From positions 358,918,001 to 358,982,000 of the forward strand of contig OZ024742.1 of NCBI GenBank assembly GCA_964016885.1: a stretch of DNA of 64,000 nt, in the 5' to 3' direction. The DNA is from Eledone cirrhosa (lineage: Eukaryota). The notes beneath the pieces were generated by a model, which worked only from the letters and a program-made list of their open reading frames with translations, had not been told where the DNA came from and made no database searches. Within the stretch, counting starts at the first letter, position 1. Every line of letters begins with the position of its first letter. Shown piece after piece: positions 30,115-47,160 of the stretch. The position numbers and the translations under genes were made by a program.

Positions 30115-30425
30115 TCCTTTCGGTCACGAATGACCATGGTATTTGCATCTAGAAAGTTCTACGGTATAAGTCTGGGCAAGGATGTTAGAAGAAGACCAGC
30201 AGTCACCCAAGCATACCAGTCTTCCCACTCCACGCTACCGATGTTGTCCAAGAGAAAGGCAATGGCCGATACAGCTTGGCACTGTCTGTACCTCTGAGTA
30301 AAGTGGAGCAACCTAATAAATAAAGTGTCTTGCTCAAAGACGCGACACATCACCCGATCTGAGAATCGAACTCAGAAGCACACGATTGCAAGCCCAAGGT
30401 TCTAACCACTAAGCCATCTGCCCTA
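30115..30425 (-). mobile_element. SINE-like repeat(s) with tRNA-like head
   Basis: Minus strand tggcttagtggttag (A box) and gagttcgattc (B box), then ttgagcaagacacttt, similar to 61555-61700. Confidence 0.6.
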
Positions 30426-30478
30426 TCTATAACTACAAAATATTCATATATGTATGTGCGTGTATCTGTGTGTGTTTT

Positions 30479-30579
<101 letters not shown>

Positions 30580-31046
30580 CTACGTGTATGCGTATATATG
30601 GGTGTAAGTCTATAATTCTGTGTAACATATTCACATGCAAATATTCACAAACAAATGTGTAAACTTTCCACTATAAACACAACAAATTTGGAACTGAAAG
30701 AATTCTCAGAATATAGTATAGTAACTTTATGTATTTTCTGCCAATCATGGCAGGTAAACAAATATTCAGTTGAAATAATGCAATATGTTTTTCTTCAAAA
30801 TGTTAACATCGTAACGTTTTACAATGCTACTTAGAAATATGAAGAACTTTGTTCCCTTAGTTTAGGCTGAAAATGTGTCTATCATTACCTGTTTAAAGAA
30901 AGACTATATATGTAACAAGAAGTTTTGGAGGGTCCTTTCAAAATTATGTTCAAGCAATGATTTTTTTTTTTCTTTCAGTGACCTATTTGTCTAGAAATTA
31001 TTTTCGTCTCATGGAGGTTATGATGAAAAATGTAAGGGGAAGCAGG

Positions 31047-31110
<64 letters not shown>

Positions 31111-31880
31111 AGATATATAAGGGGTCTGACGAGCCGCGGATTACAGAGTCGGGTTAGATCGATACAGATCGAACCTGGAGCTGATCAGTGGCGAAACGCT
31201 CCTCACCAACCAATAAACGTAATAAAGGAGTAACCAATCGTCCTTGTTATTTTATTTCACTATATATATGTATATACATATGGCTACTTCCCTTGTTGGA
31301 AATGACACGTGACATCGAAACACTGAATGCTGCCTTTTGTAGCAGTTCGGCGTTGCACTCCACACCGGCTTCAGGCATAGAACGAAATACCTGTTGATGA
31401 CGTGAATCCTCCGTTCGATCATAGAATACCACAAACTTGCATATTACGTAAGTTGGATTGATGATTTCGGGTTCATAGAAACCTATCGGACGTATTGTGT
31501 AATATCGGTCGATTTGTCCTGGTCAGTTGTCTAACCTGATTAGTTTTTTCGTTGTATTGGTAATGTGTGGCTAGGTTTACCTGTCGCAATTTTCAATTTG
31601 TCAAGCTGTCTAAACGTATGTTATTAATCTAAGGCCTACAACCTTATTGAGTGCTTTGCAGCACATTCCTAATTATAGGTCATTAGCTTGACCACAGCCT
31701 AACATCCTTGCTGAGACTTATACCGTAGAACTTTCTAGATGCAAATACCATGGTCATTCGTGACCGAAAGGGTTCTGTACCCTTTTATAGGTAGTGTGAA
31801 AGGGCGGGCAATGAAATATAATAGTTAAGAATCCTTTCTCTAACTCACTCTCTCGCTAATATATCTATCTATCTATCTAT

Positions 31881-32308
31881 GGTGGACGAGATTGAGAGGA
31901 CTGAGGACAGATGCGATTCTCTCCGGACAACAATTGATTCCCTTCTTTAAGTATCACTTTAGAAGGACAATCAGAGTGGAGAGAGAGGCACTCCATCCCA
32001 GTAAAGTTACTGAAAGGTGGGTGAATGAAGCAAAATGGCCCGAGTGATTGGGCCTTCTCTGTTTATAAGCCTGTAGGTTACAGAAGAGAGCAAAAGGAAG
32101 AAAGGGGCACTTGTACAACACGCTCCTGGAGTTGAGGGTTGTTCTATCGACGGGGTATTAAACAGCCAATTTGTGGCGCTTCCCGCCTATTGGGGATTTC
32201 GATTGTTATAATTGTTTGTTTATATTTTTTACACGACTGTATGTAAATTCCCCGGCATGTCTTTGTATTGTCCCCTTTTCTTGTGCGCCCTTGTGGCAAA
32301 TAAAGAAA
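31881..32308 (+). mobile_element. Tx1 3'-end fragment (third, more diverged copy)
   Basis: Translates WTRLRGLRTDAILSGQQLIPFFKYHFRRTIRVERE, homologous to the ORF2 C-terminus. Ends ggcaaataaagaa. (ATCT)n on both sides. Confidence 0.85.
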
Positions 32309-32919
32309 TCTATCTATGTAAACAATGAGTTATTTGGTTTGTTGATTATTCAACAAAGTTAATTTTACAACAGATTAGAAGTACTCAACAGTTTTATCTG
32401 GAGTATCGTTAATATCAATAATATTAATAAATAAATTATTGATATTAATATTATTGATATCTATCTTTGTCAGTCGGTTTCAGAGGATGAGTTCGGTTTG
32501 CCCTATGTAAACTTTGTTACACACTTTACAATTAAGGTGAAATAATATTTTACAAAAAAGATTTGTCCTGATTTAAATCTAAACAATGAGTCTTCAATGG
32601 TCCTAATACAAGTTCCACAATTTGGACAACCAAGGCTTTTGGCTGTTGGTGTTCGGTTTGTGGCGGGTATTTTTACGCTAATGATTAGTATTTTAAGGGA
32701 TTTTAGCTGTCTTTGCCTTTAGATTATTTAGTGTGCTTTGACTGTTTTTGTCATTCTTGAGTCTTATCTTAATAGGGGGATGTTCTAGTGGACAATGTTG
32801 TAGGCTACTGTATGTCTTGGCATGTGTATTGAAACATAGGTTAGAATATTGGACGTATCTGAAGGTTTATATTTCTCATAGTTCTTGTTATGCTGTCTAT
32901 TAATAATTTCTTCTACATT

Positions 32920-33185
32920 TTGGGTACAAGGCCAACAATTATCCCAATACATTACTGGTGCTTTGTTTTGTCTATTAATAATGGTTCCTGATTTAGACAC
33001 AATGCCAGCAGTTTGGGGGAGGGGAAATTCGATTAAATCGACCCCAGTATATGACTGGTACTTTATTTTATCGACCTCGTATCGATGAAAGACAAAGCTA
33101 ACCACGGCGGGATTCGAACTGAGAATGTAAAGAGCTGTCCGATGCAGGGTATCCGACGCTCTACGAATACTGCCAATCCATCGTC
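32920..33185 (-). mobile_element. tRNA-derived SINE
   Basis: ggattggcagta..gttcgaatcccgccg..ctttcatc..gaggtcgataaaataaagtaccag on the minus strand. Confidence 0.7.
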
Positions 33186-33732
33186 CTTGTGTTGGGTACT
33201 GTCATTCGAGTAGAATTTCTTTCAATTCTTGGCGTCTTTTATTCCGAGTTTTATAACTGAAGATAATTGTACAAATTCTTATCGTTAGGTTAAATGCTTT
33301 ATTTGTTTCGGAGTGTTTTGGATGGCTTGAAGTTAAATAGCAAGTATTGTTTAGATTGTGTTGGTTTGTGCTGATGTCAGTTTCAATGTTTGTGTCTTAT
33401 CAATAGAATATCGAGCATTGGAAGTTAGTCTTGGCTATATTCCATTGTGTCCATAGAGAAAGGCAGTCATCCAAGTACTTACCATTTAATAAGAATAGAG
33501 ACGGATCGCATCTCTAAGCATGATCTATGGAGAGCTATAAGTTGAGAAGTGAAATCGGTGAAAACCAGAAAAGAAAAGAGCTATAGAGATTTGGTAAGAG
33601 ACAGGCTGGATGAGTTGAACATAATATACACAAATGTTGATATATTAGTCTTGACAGAAGTGAATGGTGTAAAACGATTTTGTCTGAGGCGAAAGATTTG
33701 GAAGAAAACAAATGAAAGTTTGCAGAAAAGAC

Positions 33733-33733
<1 letters not shown>

Positions 33734-33763
<30 letters not shown>

Positions 33764-33857
33764 CTTCTTCTTCTTCTTCTTCTTCTTCTTCTTCTTCTTC
33801 TTCTTCTTCTTCTTCTCCTCCTCCCCCCCCCCCTCCTCCTCCTCCTTCTTCTTCTTC

Positions 33858-33927
<70 letters not shown>
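33734..33927. repeat. (TTC)n-(TCC)n-(TTA)n compound microsatellite
   Basis: Direct reading. Confidence 0.95.
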
Positions 33928-33929
<2 letters not shown>

Positions 33930-34621
33930 CCATACTACCATTACAGTCAAAGCCAACAGCTTAAACAGAACTGATACTTCCCTGCTACCACCACTGTTGG
34001 CAACGCTAAGGTCAGTACTAAGAGAGAAAGAAAGAAAACTACAGACAAAAATCTGAACTTTTCTCCCTAAATATGTATTTAAAAACCAATTTATTTCCTC
34101 ATATTCTTGCTATTTTTATTAATATGAAATTTAATTACATTATACACTTCCGAAGTTTGAAAAAGCTTACAAGCTGAAACCGGTAAAATTAAATGTGGAA
34201 ATTCCTATTTTGTAAATAAATGTTTTGTTATTCTGAGAGAAAATCCTTTTAGCATTTTGTACTGTTTCTTTTTTTTTTTTTTTACTATTTTTCATAAATA
34301 TCAACGTGTCTCACTTCTCTACATTCCATATATATATTCCTTTTCGATCGTCTTTCGTCAAATCGGTCCGAGGAGGCAATGTTTCCGTTGGTCTTTCCAA
34401 TTGCTAATACTATCTATCGGTCGCAACTCCAGGTAGAAGGAGCAACGTGAAATAAAGTGTCTGGCTCGAGGACATAACGTATCGCCCGGTCCAGGAATCG
34501 AACCGACAACCTCACGATCTGGAATCCTGTCCTCGATAGCTGTTCCATTTACCGAATTATTATTATTTTTATATGAGTCCCCAGTGTCCGCGCATTGCCT
34601 GGAGACTTGGCTGAGAATGAC

Positions 34622-34701
34622 CTCCCTGATGACGCAATGAAATTCTCAACAGTTCATTACGTAACTGTCTTTATCCCATTGCAGAAACTAATTAGTTGGA
34701 G
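34622..34701 (+). ncRNA. Type I hammerhead ribozyme (family related to 14684)
   Basis: ctcc-CTGATGA-cgcaatg...cattgca-GAAAC-taatta-GTT-ggag, with the same downstream tagtaagt...ttttacgtct-like tail ending in (TA)n. Confidence 0.78.
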
Positions 34702-34761
34702 TGAAAATTTAAGTAAGTTAATTTTAAAAAACATTTTTTTTTAATTTTCTTATTTTACGTC

Positions 34762-34892
<131 letters not shown>

Positions 34893-34899
34893 CTATATG

Positions 34900-36575
34900 T
34901 AGTGTGCCTCTTGCTCCGGTCCTTGAAAGAGTTCGTGTGGTTATACATCCGCGATTTAAAGGTCGTCGATGTTGCGCCGATGTAGGTGCGCTTTATATTG
35001 TGCGTGCTAACCACACATTTATAAACCAGGCCCTTCGTTAGGCATCTTTCCTGCAGGGGTCTGTGTGCCCGCTCTGCAGTTGCTGGTTCTATCTTTATGT
35101 TGTTCGTCTCGGATGCCTGGCCCGTGATCTGCCACGGCCATCTCCCGATTCTCTGAGTGATGTTCTGCCGACATGGTGGTCTCATCTACGCCACTCATTA
35201 CCGCCCGGCGTTGGGTTGTATCGTCTTTCGCAGGCGTGGCGGCCGTCGCACGGCCCGGGTTGTAGTTGGAGGACCGGTCTGCGATGGGCCCTCCGGGCTC
35301 CGATGGAAGGTAATTCGTCTGCCGCTGTTGCCGGTCGAGGTTCCCCATCTTCGCCGCGTTGGTTTTGGCCATGTTAGATGCGGTGGAGAAAGAAAACTTT
35401 ACCGTGTGGCGGTTGAAAATCTTGTGCTATTTGCTCGACGGCGGTAAGCACTCGTCTAACGCTCGGAAGAAGAGGCCTGGTACATTGCTGCATACATGTT
35501 TAGAATACGGCGCGTTAAACCATGTAACGGCCTTAGACCTTGTCTTGTTCCTTCGTGTATGTGTAGTAGCATGAATGTGTGTTGGGTCTGGTGTCTCGGG
35601 TTTTTCCCGCCCGTTATTTCGTCCCCTATGTTGTCACTATCTGTATTTCTACCGTGGGCGTCGGGGTTATGCTGTTTGCTTACTGAAGTATTCCATTTAG
35701 TATTGTCGGTTCTATTGTTAGTCTCGTTGCTGCTATGTAGTGCTGTTGTCGGGGCTATATCATTGCTACAGGGCCGGATGTTCCCTCTACCGGGTTTCCC
35801 CGCTGTACCCGTCTTTACCCTGTCCCTAGTTCTAGTTTCCGCGACGCATGTGGTGTCCGTGCCGGGCTTTTGCCTACGTGTTCTAGGTGGTATGTCGCCC
35901 GTGTGTGTCTTCGTCTGTCTTATTTTCGGTCTTGCCTCCTTGTGGTGATCTATTCTGCTACTCGTGTTCCTGGAATCTAGTTCCAGGTCTTTCCGTCTGC
36001 ATATGAAAGTGCTACTGCTGTTGTCGTATCCGCATGCCTCGGCGCTAGGTTCTTCCCTGTCCGTGGTGTACAGTATGTTTTCTGTGTAACCGGCTCTGCG
36101 CAGTGCCTCATTATAATAGTCAGTGTGCTGGTTGAACACGTCTGCGTTGGCCGACAGGGTGGATACGCATTTTGATACCCCTTTAACTATTGCTTCTATG
36201 ACCGACTTGGGGTGGTTCGATTGCTTGTTCACATACTGCAGGTTCTCATTGGGCTTGTGATAAGATCGGTATATGCTCGTATTCATTTCCAGGGTAACTT
36301 CCAGGAAATTCACTGGCTTAGTGCTAGGATCTATCATCACGGATAAGCCGTGTTGTTTAAAATAATTCGATATGCGCTTCCTCATACGCTCCAGCTGGCT
36401 GGGTTTAGGGAACGGAAGGTAAAAAGTGCGTCGTCTCTGTATATCCCTCCGCCGATCCCTGGGATATCTCCCGCTAATCATTGGAGGAGATAGATTCCCA
36501 CCAGGTCGGTCACCTGCGCAGAGTCGCTCGACCCCATAGTAATATCGTACGTGTCGGGTCTGTCCCTCCTGTCCC
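34900..36575 (-). mobile_element. Degenerate Naiad-like PLE fragment (RT C-terminal half, low-complexity linker, GIY-YIG)
   Basis: DITMGSSDSAQVTDLVG, VNFLEVTL, YHKPN..LQYVNKQSNHP, CL..GLVYKC...[18 protein letters not shown]. Clade assignment rests on recalled motifs. Confidence 0.8.
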
Positions 36576-36589
36576 TCCTGCGTAACTGT

Positions 36590-37290
36590 TGAGGAGAAGT
36601 GATGCTGAAAGCACCACTCTCACCAAAAGTTACGTACTGTGTTGCATCCCTTAACATTTCCCTAGCATTGGAAATGTCAAGGTATGTGAACAGTTCCGTC
36701 TTTTGGACGGTTTGAGCAAAGGAAATCTTTTCCTTGTTCGTAGAGTTGTTCGTGTTGCTGTTGGTGGTGTTGTTGTTATCATTGTTGTTGTTGTTGGTGG
36801 TGGTGGTGTTGTTGTTATCATTGTTGCTGTTGTTCTTCTTGTTGTCATTATTGTTGTTGTTGTTGTTGTTGTGGTTGGTGTTGTTTATATTTTGCATGTT
36901 ATTGGTGTTTGTGTTAGTGTTGATGTTACAATCAACGTCCGACATCGTGTTTTCAAAACTGACGACATTTTCGATGTCTTTCAATGAGGTGGTGAGAGGA
37001 GGTGACTGCGAGCTTAACACTCTTACCGCCTCTCCACCACTTCTAGTTATGAACGCACGTTCATGACTGAATGCAAGGTTTGTTTACACTTTTTTTTCAC
37101 CGGCGAAATTTTTTTTAAAAACGAAAATTTCACCACAGGGAGGGGTGAAGATGACTTGACCCACCGTCTGAAAGTCCAGACGTGGGGTCAAGCTATAAAA
37201 TAGTAATAAATTTAACAATAAATTTTTTATTTCTTACTTAGAAAATCAACAAAAACTTACCAGCGAACTGGCACACGTCTCAAGTAAAAC
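36590..37290 (-). mobile_element. Tx1 5' fragment (5' UTR plus ORF1 N-terminus)
   Basis: AVRVLSS..PP and KISFAQT...DA.QY.T.GE.G match ORF1 at 26080. The 5' UTR hairpins match 26130-26198. Abuts GATAGATA. Confidence 0.8.
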
Positions 37291-38210
37291 CAGATAGATA
37301 TGTTTCTTCCAACTCGTTTTCGAGTACGGCCACTACTTTATATCCATGTAGGAGAACCCCTACCGATGCGCTGAACGAGTGTGACTTTTTAGTCCAGCCA
37401 GCGACTTGAAAACTCTGGTACAAACACTACACTTATGACAATTATTGACACATAGTGCTGGGCCCATGGTACCATGTGATGACAAGTGCAGAGAGATCTC
37501 CAGATATAAAGCAATGCCTGTGCCGTGAAGCTTTTATAGTGAGCAAAGGCACTGCACAAAGCCAGTCCCACTCTCTTAACCAAGATGATATTTACCAAAA
37601 AGAAGAACAAGTCAACATCATTGGATACCATCAGGGTTGCAGGTGTTATATCAGAGTTTTCCTTCTCCTAGAATTCTGCCTTGACAAAGGCTAAGGGGTC
37701 ATCTCTCCCGGTGATTTTGGATGGCCATTGACTCTTAAGAGCTCCTTTGTCCTTTGACAGGTTTTGTTTTTAGTCCTGCAAAGTCAACCTCCTCACCAAG
37801 AAACCTACATACATACATACATACATACATACATACATACATACATACATACATACATACATACATACACACACGACAAGTAGTCAATTAGGCGACATAG
37901 GAATACGATAACGTATAAAGAAAATATATTAGTTTACGGCTTGGTATAGTAGGAAAATAAACAACGTTATATACATAGTAATCGTAAGCGCAGAGACTAA
38001 GTATAACCATTGTCGATTGTTTTACACCATTAACTTAGCTATTATTTGTAGCAATCCATTAATCAATTGTGTTTACAATTATTTTCTGCACATGATATTT
38101 CTATATGCCAACGTTATATATATATATATATATATTAGAAAGAACTTAGCCGTTGAGTATTCTGTTGAATAATATATAAGTATATGTATTTATGTAGACA
38201 CACACGCGCG

Positions 38211-38336
<126 letters not shown>

Positions 38337-39035
38337 CTTATATATATAATAAGCTATTAGATATTTCTGAACTTCGAATATTAGTAAATATTACTTCAGA
38401 ATAATATTTGAATTATATATAGCGTTGCACTGACTATGACAATTATATATGTCTCAATATTTAGCATATCTAATAAAAAGTGAAATAGCAGATTATTTGT
38501 AGCTTTCAGCAGAAATCAAAGGGTGGTAACGCCATGGAAAAAAACACCATGGACGTTTTTGCTACAGAGACACAAAATTTACCCGAAGGCTCAGTGTAAC
38601 CTATTTCTATCTTGAATAATTTTCATCGTTGTTATTTTACGCTTGCTTTGCATGGCACTTTATCACTATTTCGTGTTTTAGCGTTTATTTGTCTCTTCTT
38701 AAATTTTAATACTCTTCTTTATATTAAAATTGCCTCTAGAGAGTTTCTTGTTTTCAATAAATTGCAAAATCAGTTGTGAATACTAATTAAATTGTTAATA
38801 GACTGTATACGATACGTGCAGGCCTATAATCCGTATTGAACGGATGCCTACTGTTAAAACATGGCATCACTGAAACGATCACTGATCTGAATAATAAGAG
38901 ATGTATGTTTTACCGATATCTCATTATTGATTCTTTATATATATATATACATAACGAAGGAAATGTGGTAAGGAACCAGGTGGACCATAACGCACCAAAG
39001 TACTCAATACTTAGGGTAGTAGAGTACAGAATTAG

Positions 39036-39311
<276 letters not shown>

Positions 39312-39559
39312 TGATTGTTTAAATATATATATATGTATATTTAAAAAATGACGAGCGCTCTATCTCAAAATTATTTTTGTAAAGCATTAGATATGCGCAA
39401 CCGGTAAAAACATAAAACTAGAACTGAATACTAACTAATACATATTGCTAATTTATACTTAATCCTCATTAAACTATTTTTCACTGGGAAAAATTTGTCA
39501 CCATTCTCTTTTCCTTTTTTACTAATATATATATATATATATAAATATATATATATATA

Positions 39560-40308
39560 AAACATGAGAAGAAAGAAGAATACTGCGTGGTTGCACATGG
39601 GTTACATGTGAAAAAAATAGTCCTTCGTCAGTGATTTTCCAACCATCATTGATATTCCATCGCATTAAAAATCATATACCTCAGGTTGGTGCAAGCAATA
39701 GCTAAATAAAGCTAGTGGGACAAGTAAATCGCGTAAAACGAGTGAGACAAGTAAACAACATAGAAGGATGAAAGCAACGCAAAGATAGGAATAAACAAGC
39801 AACATGGTTATCCGGTCAGCATAAGCTGGGTGGATTTCATGAGCGATCGGGATACAGACCGTCCGACGTGAGTGAGATGTGAGCAAGAAGAGAACCCACT
39901 ACAAGCCAAACGGGAGGAAGTGAGAAGGGGAGAAACAGAGAGTGAGTGAGTGGAAGTGCGAGGAAGAGGTCAGTCGAGAGAAAGTTTAACTGACAGAGGG
40001 GCGAAAGAAGGTGAGAGCAACAGAGAGAACGGGGCAGCAGTAAGAGAGAAACAGACAAACGCAGCCGACGTAAATATATATAAAAAACATGAGAATACTG
40101 CGTGGTTGCACATGGGTTACATATGATAAAAATAGTCCTTCGTCAGTTATTTTCCAACCATTATTGATATTTCATCGCATTAAAAATCATATACCTCAGG
40201 TTGGTGCGAGCAATAGCGAAATAAACCTATTGGGACAAGTAAATCGCGTAAAGCGAGTGAGACAAGTAAACAACATAGAAGGATGAAAGCAGCGCAAAGA
40301 TAGGAATA
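39560..40308. repeat. Direct repeats of ~225 bp (39560-39792 and 40085-40307), pLTR-like
   Basis: Near-identical copies ~515 bp apart. The minus strand has CTGACGA-aggac with no downstream GAAA. A short related piece lies at 16712-16737. Confidence 0.75.
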
Positions 40309-40473
40309 CCTCCGGAATTTATATCTTCGTTGAGTGCTCCCTATCTGCATACTGAAATACTGGATGTTACCAATAGTTCTTTGCTTACTATATATATATA
40401 TATACGTTATTCCGGGTTGAATCGGAGGTAACCACAGTAAGTAAGTTCTAGTCCTGTAGAATCTCATCTATAT

Positions 40474-40545
<72 letters not shown>

Positions 40546-40549
<4 letters not shown>

Positions 40550-41790
40550 AATGAATAATAACAGGTAAACATCATAAAAAGGTAATTTATTCCGTGTGCT
40601 TACAGAACGTAATATCTGCCTCCCAACCACTAAATGGGAGACGGGTATTACACAATCCACCTGCACTGCTATCACAATCTATCCATGGTATACCCGCTAC
40701 CCACAACAAAGAATGTAACTGCCATCTACCTGAAATATGTCCAGTGAAGAATGAATGCCTAAAGTCCAACATTGTTTACCAATGCACGGTTGAATCGAAC
40801 GACCAGAAATGGTATTATATCGGATCTACCACCACCTCGTTTAAATCTCGCTGGTACCGTCATCGATTCTCAATCAAACATCCTAATCACCGTTTTGTGA
40901 CCACGCTCGCCAACAAGACCTGGCAACTCCGTGAACGCAACCAACAGTTCACCTTAAAATGGGATATACTTTCCAGCGCAAGTGCATATCGGAGTGGATT
41001 GAAGTACTGCAGGTTATGTAACCTTGAACTCTTTTACATATTAAAATCCCAAAACAAACTACTTAACGATAGAATTGAACGATCATTATACTGCAACCAC
41101 AAACTAAAAGCTAAATTCTCTCACTTTAAAATAACTTAACATTCGAACCCGTAACTATAACATCGCTTTCTAGCTAACCACCTTCTCTTCCCCCACACTA
41201 CAAGACAATACACTGCTTATCGCTATAAATGGTAACTCAGTGCAATTCGCAGATTACTACTACAAACCCAAAGTTCACTCACCACATAAACTTCGTCTGT
41301 CCCCTCTCTACCTCTCTCTCTATATCCATTACACTCTCTCTCGCCTTTGGCCTACCTCCCTCTCCACATCTATGAACCTGCCCTCTGGGGCAATAAATAA
41401 TTCCGACCTTAACTATCAACGCATCTCTCCAAGAGTAACCAGTATAATAAAACCACTACCATAACATTTTGATTAAGATATCTACAAACCACTCTCTCCT
41501 ACTTCTCCAACCCCTGCATATCTTTCTCTTACTCTCCCTCTCCCCTACTTTTCTCTCTTCCTTTTCTACTCTATCTTCCCCAACAATCCCACTTAAGGGT
41601 ATTTACATTGTACATTTTACCATTCTGCTCTGAGGATACAGTGGTCACAGCATTGGATATTTGAGTTCTGCAAATAGTTGTAAATTTGCACATAGCATAA
41701 CTAGGCTGTAGTACCACCGTGGAAACATTTGTAAGCACACAGAATAAATTACCTTTTTATGATGTCTACCTGTTATTATTCATTCTTTAT
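40546..41790 (+). mobile_element. 5'-truncated Naiad-like PLE: inverted pLTR stub, GIY-YIG ORF (to 41139), 3' UTR and hammerhead
   Basis: CNC....CPV...CL..NIVY.C....YYIGST...FK.R...H..S...C.LC..E. 40546-40603 is the reverse complement of 41730-41788. (TA)n flanks. Confidence 0.85.
41626..41737 (+). ncRNA. Hammerhead ribozyme with extended stem II
   Basis: tgct-CTGAGGA-tacagtggt...accaccgtg-GAAAC-attt-GTA-agca. Confidence 0.65.
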
Positions 41791-41929
41791 ATACACTCAG
41801 GAATACAGAAGGATCAGGAACTAAGTTTCTTCAACAATTCTTCCATAACTCGTAGAGTAACCTCTCACCGTACGTCAACCATATCCAGCGTAGTAATTAA
41901 CCATTACTACATCTTGGATAATCCTATAC

Positions 41930-43776
<1,847 letters not shown>

Positions 43777-43898
43777 GGGGTAACAAATTATTGTTGTAGG
43801 TAGTCCACTTAGGTGTAGTCCAGTTAGAGTAAACCTTTTTTTGTATAGCAAACCATGCCACCCTTTTTTCCTGATTTATATATATATATATATATATA

Positions 43899-45087
<1,189 letters not shown>

Positions 45088-46205
45088 AATAATAAATGTG
45101 GGGATTACAATCCAAAGAGTGTTCGATAAGGATGAATATATATCAAATATATAAGAACCTTAGAGCAAATATCTATTAAAATAAAGATTAAAGGTTTAAG
45201 CAAAGAATCGCTTCAGAATATTCCCGTTAATTTACGCAACAAACCACCATCTCCTTCACATATGACAAGTCAAATAAATTCCACACCAAATTTGACTAAC
45301 TCCCCCGATATAATATTCACGAATGGTTGTAACTGTAGAAACAAAAGAAATTGCCCATTAAAGGGAAATTGTCTTATTAATAACATAGTCTATAAAAGTA
45401 AAATTAGCACTAAGGACTCCACTTATTCATATATAGGAGCTACGTCTAACCAATTTAAAGTAAGATTTAATACCCACAAACATAGTTTTTAAAATGCCGC
45501 ATTAGCTAATACAACATCCTTGGCTGAAACAATTAATAATTATAGAAAAAAGAATATTGATTACAACCTGACCTGGAGAGTGCTCAAAAGGGCTACCCCT
45601 TATCAAAATAACAGATATGAGTGTAGATTATGTTCCCAGGAACCTTTAGAAATAATGAAATCTAAGGATATCCTATTAAATAAGCGACAAGAATTAATTA
45701 TATCTTGCAATCATAGAATTAGAAGAACTTTCAAATATTGTAAACCTAATTAATATACACCTTACCCTTATATTTTACATATTATTATAATTAGTTTTTT
45801 TAATTTAGTTAACCTATAATTAGTACTTTACTACAGAGAACTTCAGAATTTTATTTCCCTCTTACAGCTCTCTGTTCCTAAAATAAATACCTAAAAGTAT
45901 ACATATAAATTAATTTAATTTCCTGTTATGAATCTAGATTCCTTGTAGTTTATATAAGATTGGTATTTCTAACTACTACCCTTATCACCAAATTTTATTT
46001 TGTTTCGTTTTTAAAACCATTCTTTAATAACATCTAATTCTTATTTATCACATCCATATGAAGTAATATAAATTTATCCCTATAAGTATACCTATCAATT
46101 AATTTAATTTCTTGTTATAGATCTAGATTCCTTGTGGTTTAAATAAGATTGGTATTTCTCACTTACCCTAAAATTTTACATTTCTTCGTTTTTAACACTA
46201 TTCTT

Positions 46206-46393
46206 TAGGTGGATTGGCAGTATCGGTAAGGGTCGGACGCCATGCTTTGAAGCATAGAGTTACCTCCCTTTATGATCTGAGTTCAAATCTCGCCGAGGTT
46301 AACTTTGCCTTTCATCCTTACGAGGTCGATAAAATAAAGTACCAGTAATGCACTGGGATAATTGCTGGCCTTGTGCCAAAAGTAGAAACAACT
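46206..46393 (+). mobile_element. tRNA-derived SINE nested in a PLE 3' UTR
   Basis: A box tggcagtatcgg, B box gagttcaaatc, body shared with 49062-49255. The flank ctattcttta occurs before and after the insert. Confidence 0.78.
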
Positions 46394-46626
46394 ATTCTTT
46401 AATAACATCAAATTTTCGTGTATCCTCACCGGCTTGACCTCTTTTCATTCAATGTATTCTTTCTATTCAAAACATAAGTCTGCACCCTCTACCCCTAAAT
46501 TAAATTTCTACTACTACTATTCTATCAACTTGACCTCTTACTACTTTTCTATTGGTCAATTCAAAACCTGTTCCCAAACAGACCTATTATAGTAAATCTT
46601 TGTTGTTTTTTTTCAATAAACAAATC

Positions 46627-46762
46627 TCATCATCTCTGAAGACAGCATATATATGTGAAGGTATGTATATTTCCTCTGATAGTTTGTAATATTTTTACAT
46701 AGATCTATATGATGTACATACCAACACACATATATATCCTAGAAACGATCGTAAAATGATGA
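46627..46762 (+). ncRNA. Hammerhead ribozyme with extended stem II
   Basis: tcatcatct-CTGAAGA-...catatatatgtg...cacatatatat...-GAAAC-gatc-GTA-aaatgatga. Confidence 0.72.
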
Positions 46763-47127
46763 ATTTTTTAATATAAGGAACTTGTTCTTTGTTTTTATTC
46801 ATTGTTTTTATTAATTTATCTTAACTCTGTTTTCCTATGATTTTCATCGACAATTTTTGAATGTATCTTCTCTTTTCATGATATTTGGATTACATTGAGT
46901 TCTTCATACGGATTGGACACTACCGTATATTTTGGTAGATTTATCTACAAACTATATATATATATATATATATATACATGCACACATATATATATATATA
47001 TATATATGTGCATTATAATAAATGTTCAGTGAATCCATACGTACATATATATATATGTGCATGTATGTATATATATATACATACTACTGTACGTCTGTAT
47101 ACATATATGTATGTACGTATACATACT

Positions 47128-47160
<33 letters not shown>

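Noticed and set aside
33540-33730. Possible LINE C-terminal remnant (RKEKSYRDLVRD...DRSEW)
   Set aside because: Too short and degenerate to assign.
34155-34195. Hammerhead-like agcttacaagct-GAAACCGGTA
   Set aside because: No CUGANGA core and no stem I, so at most a decayed remnant.
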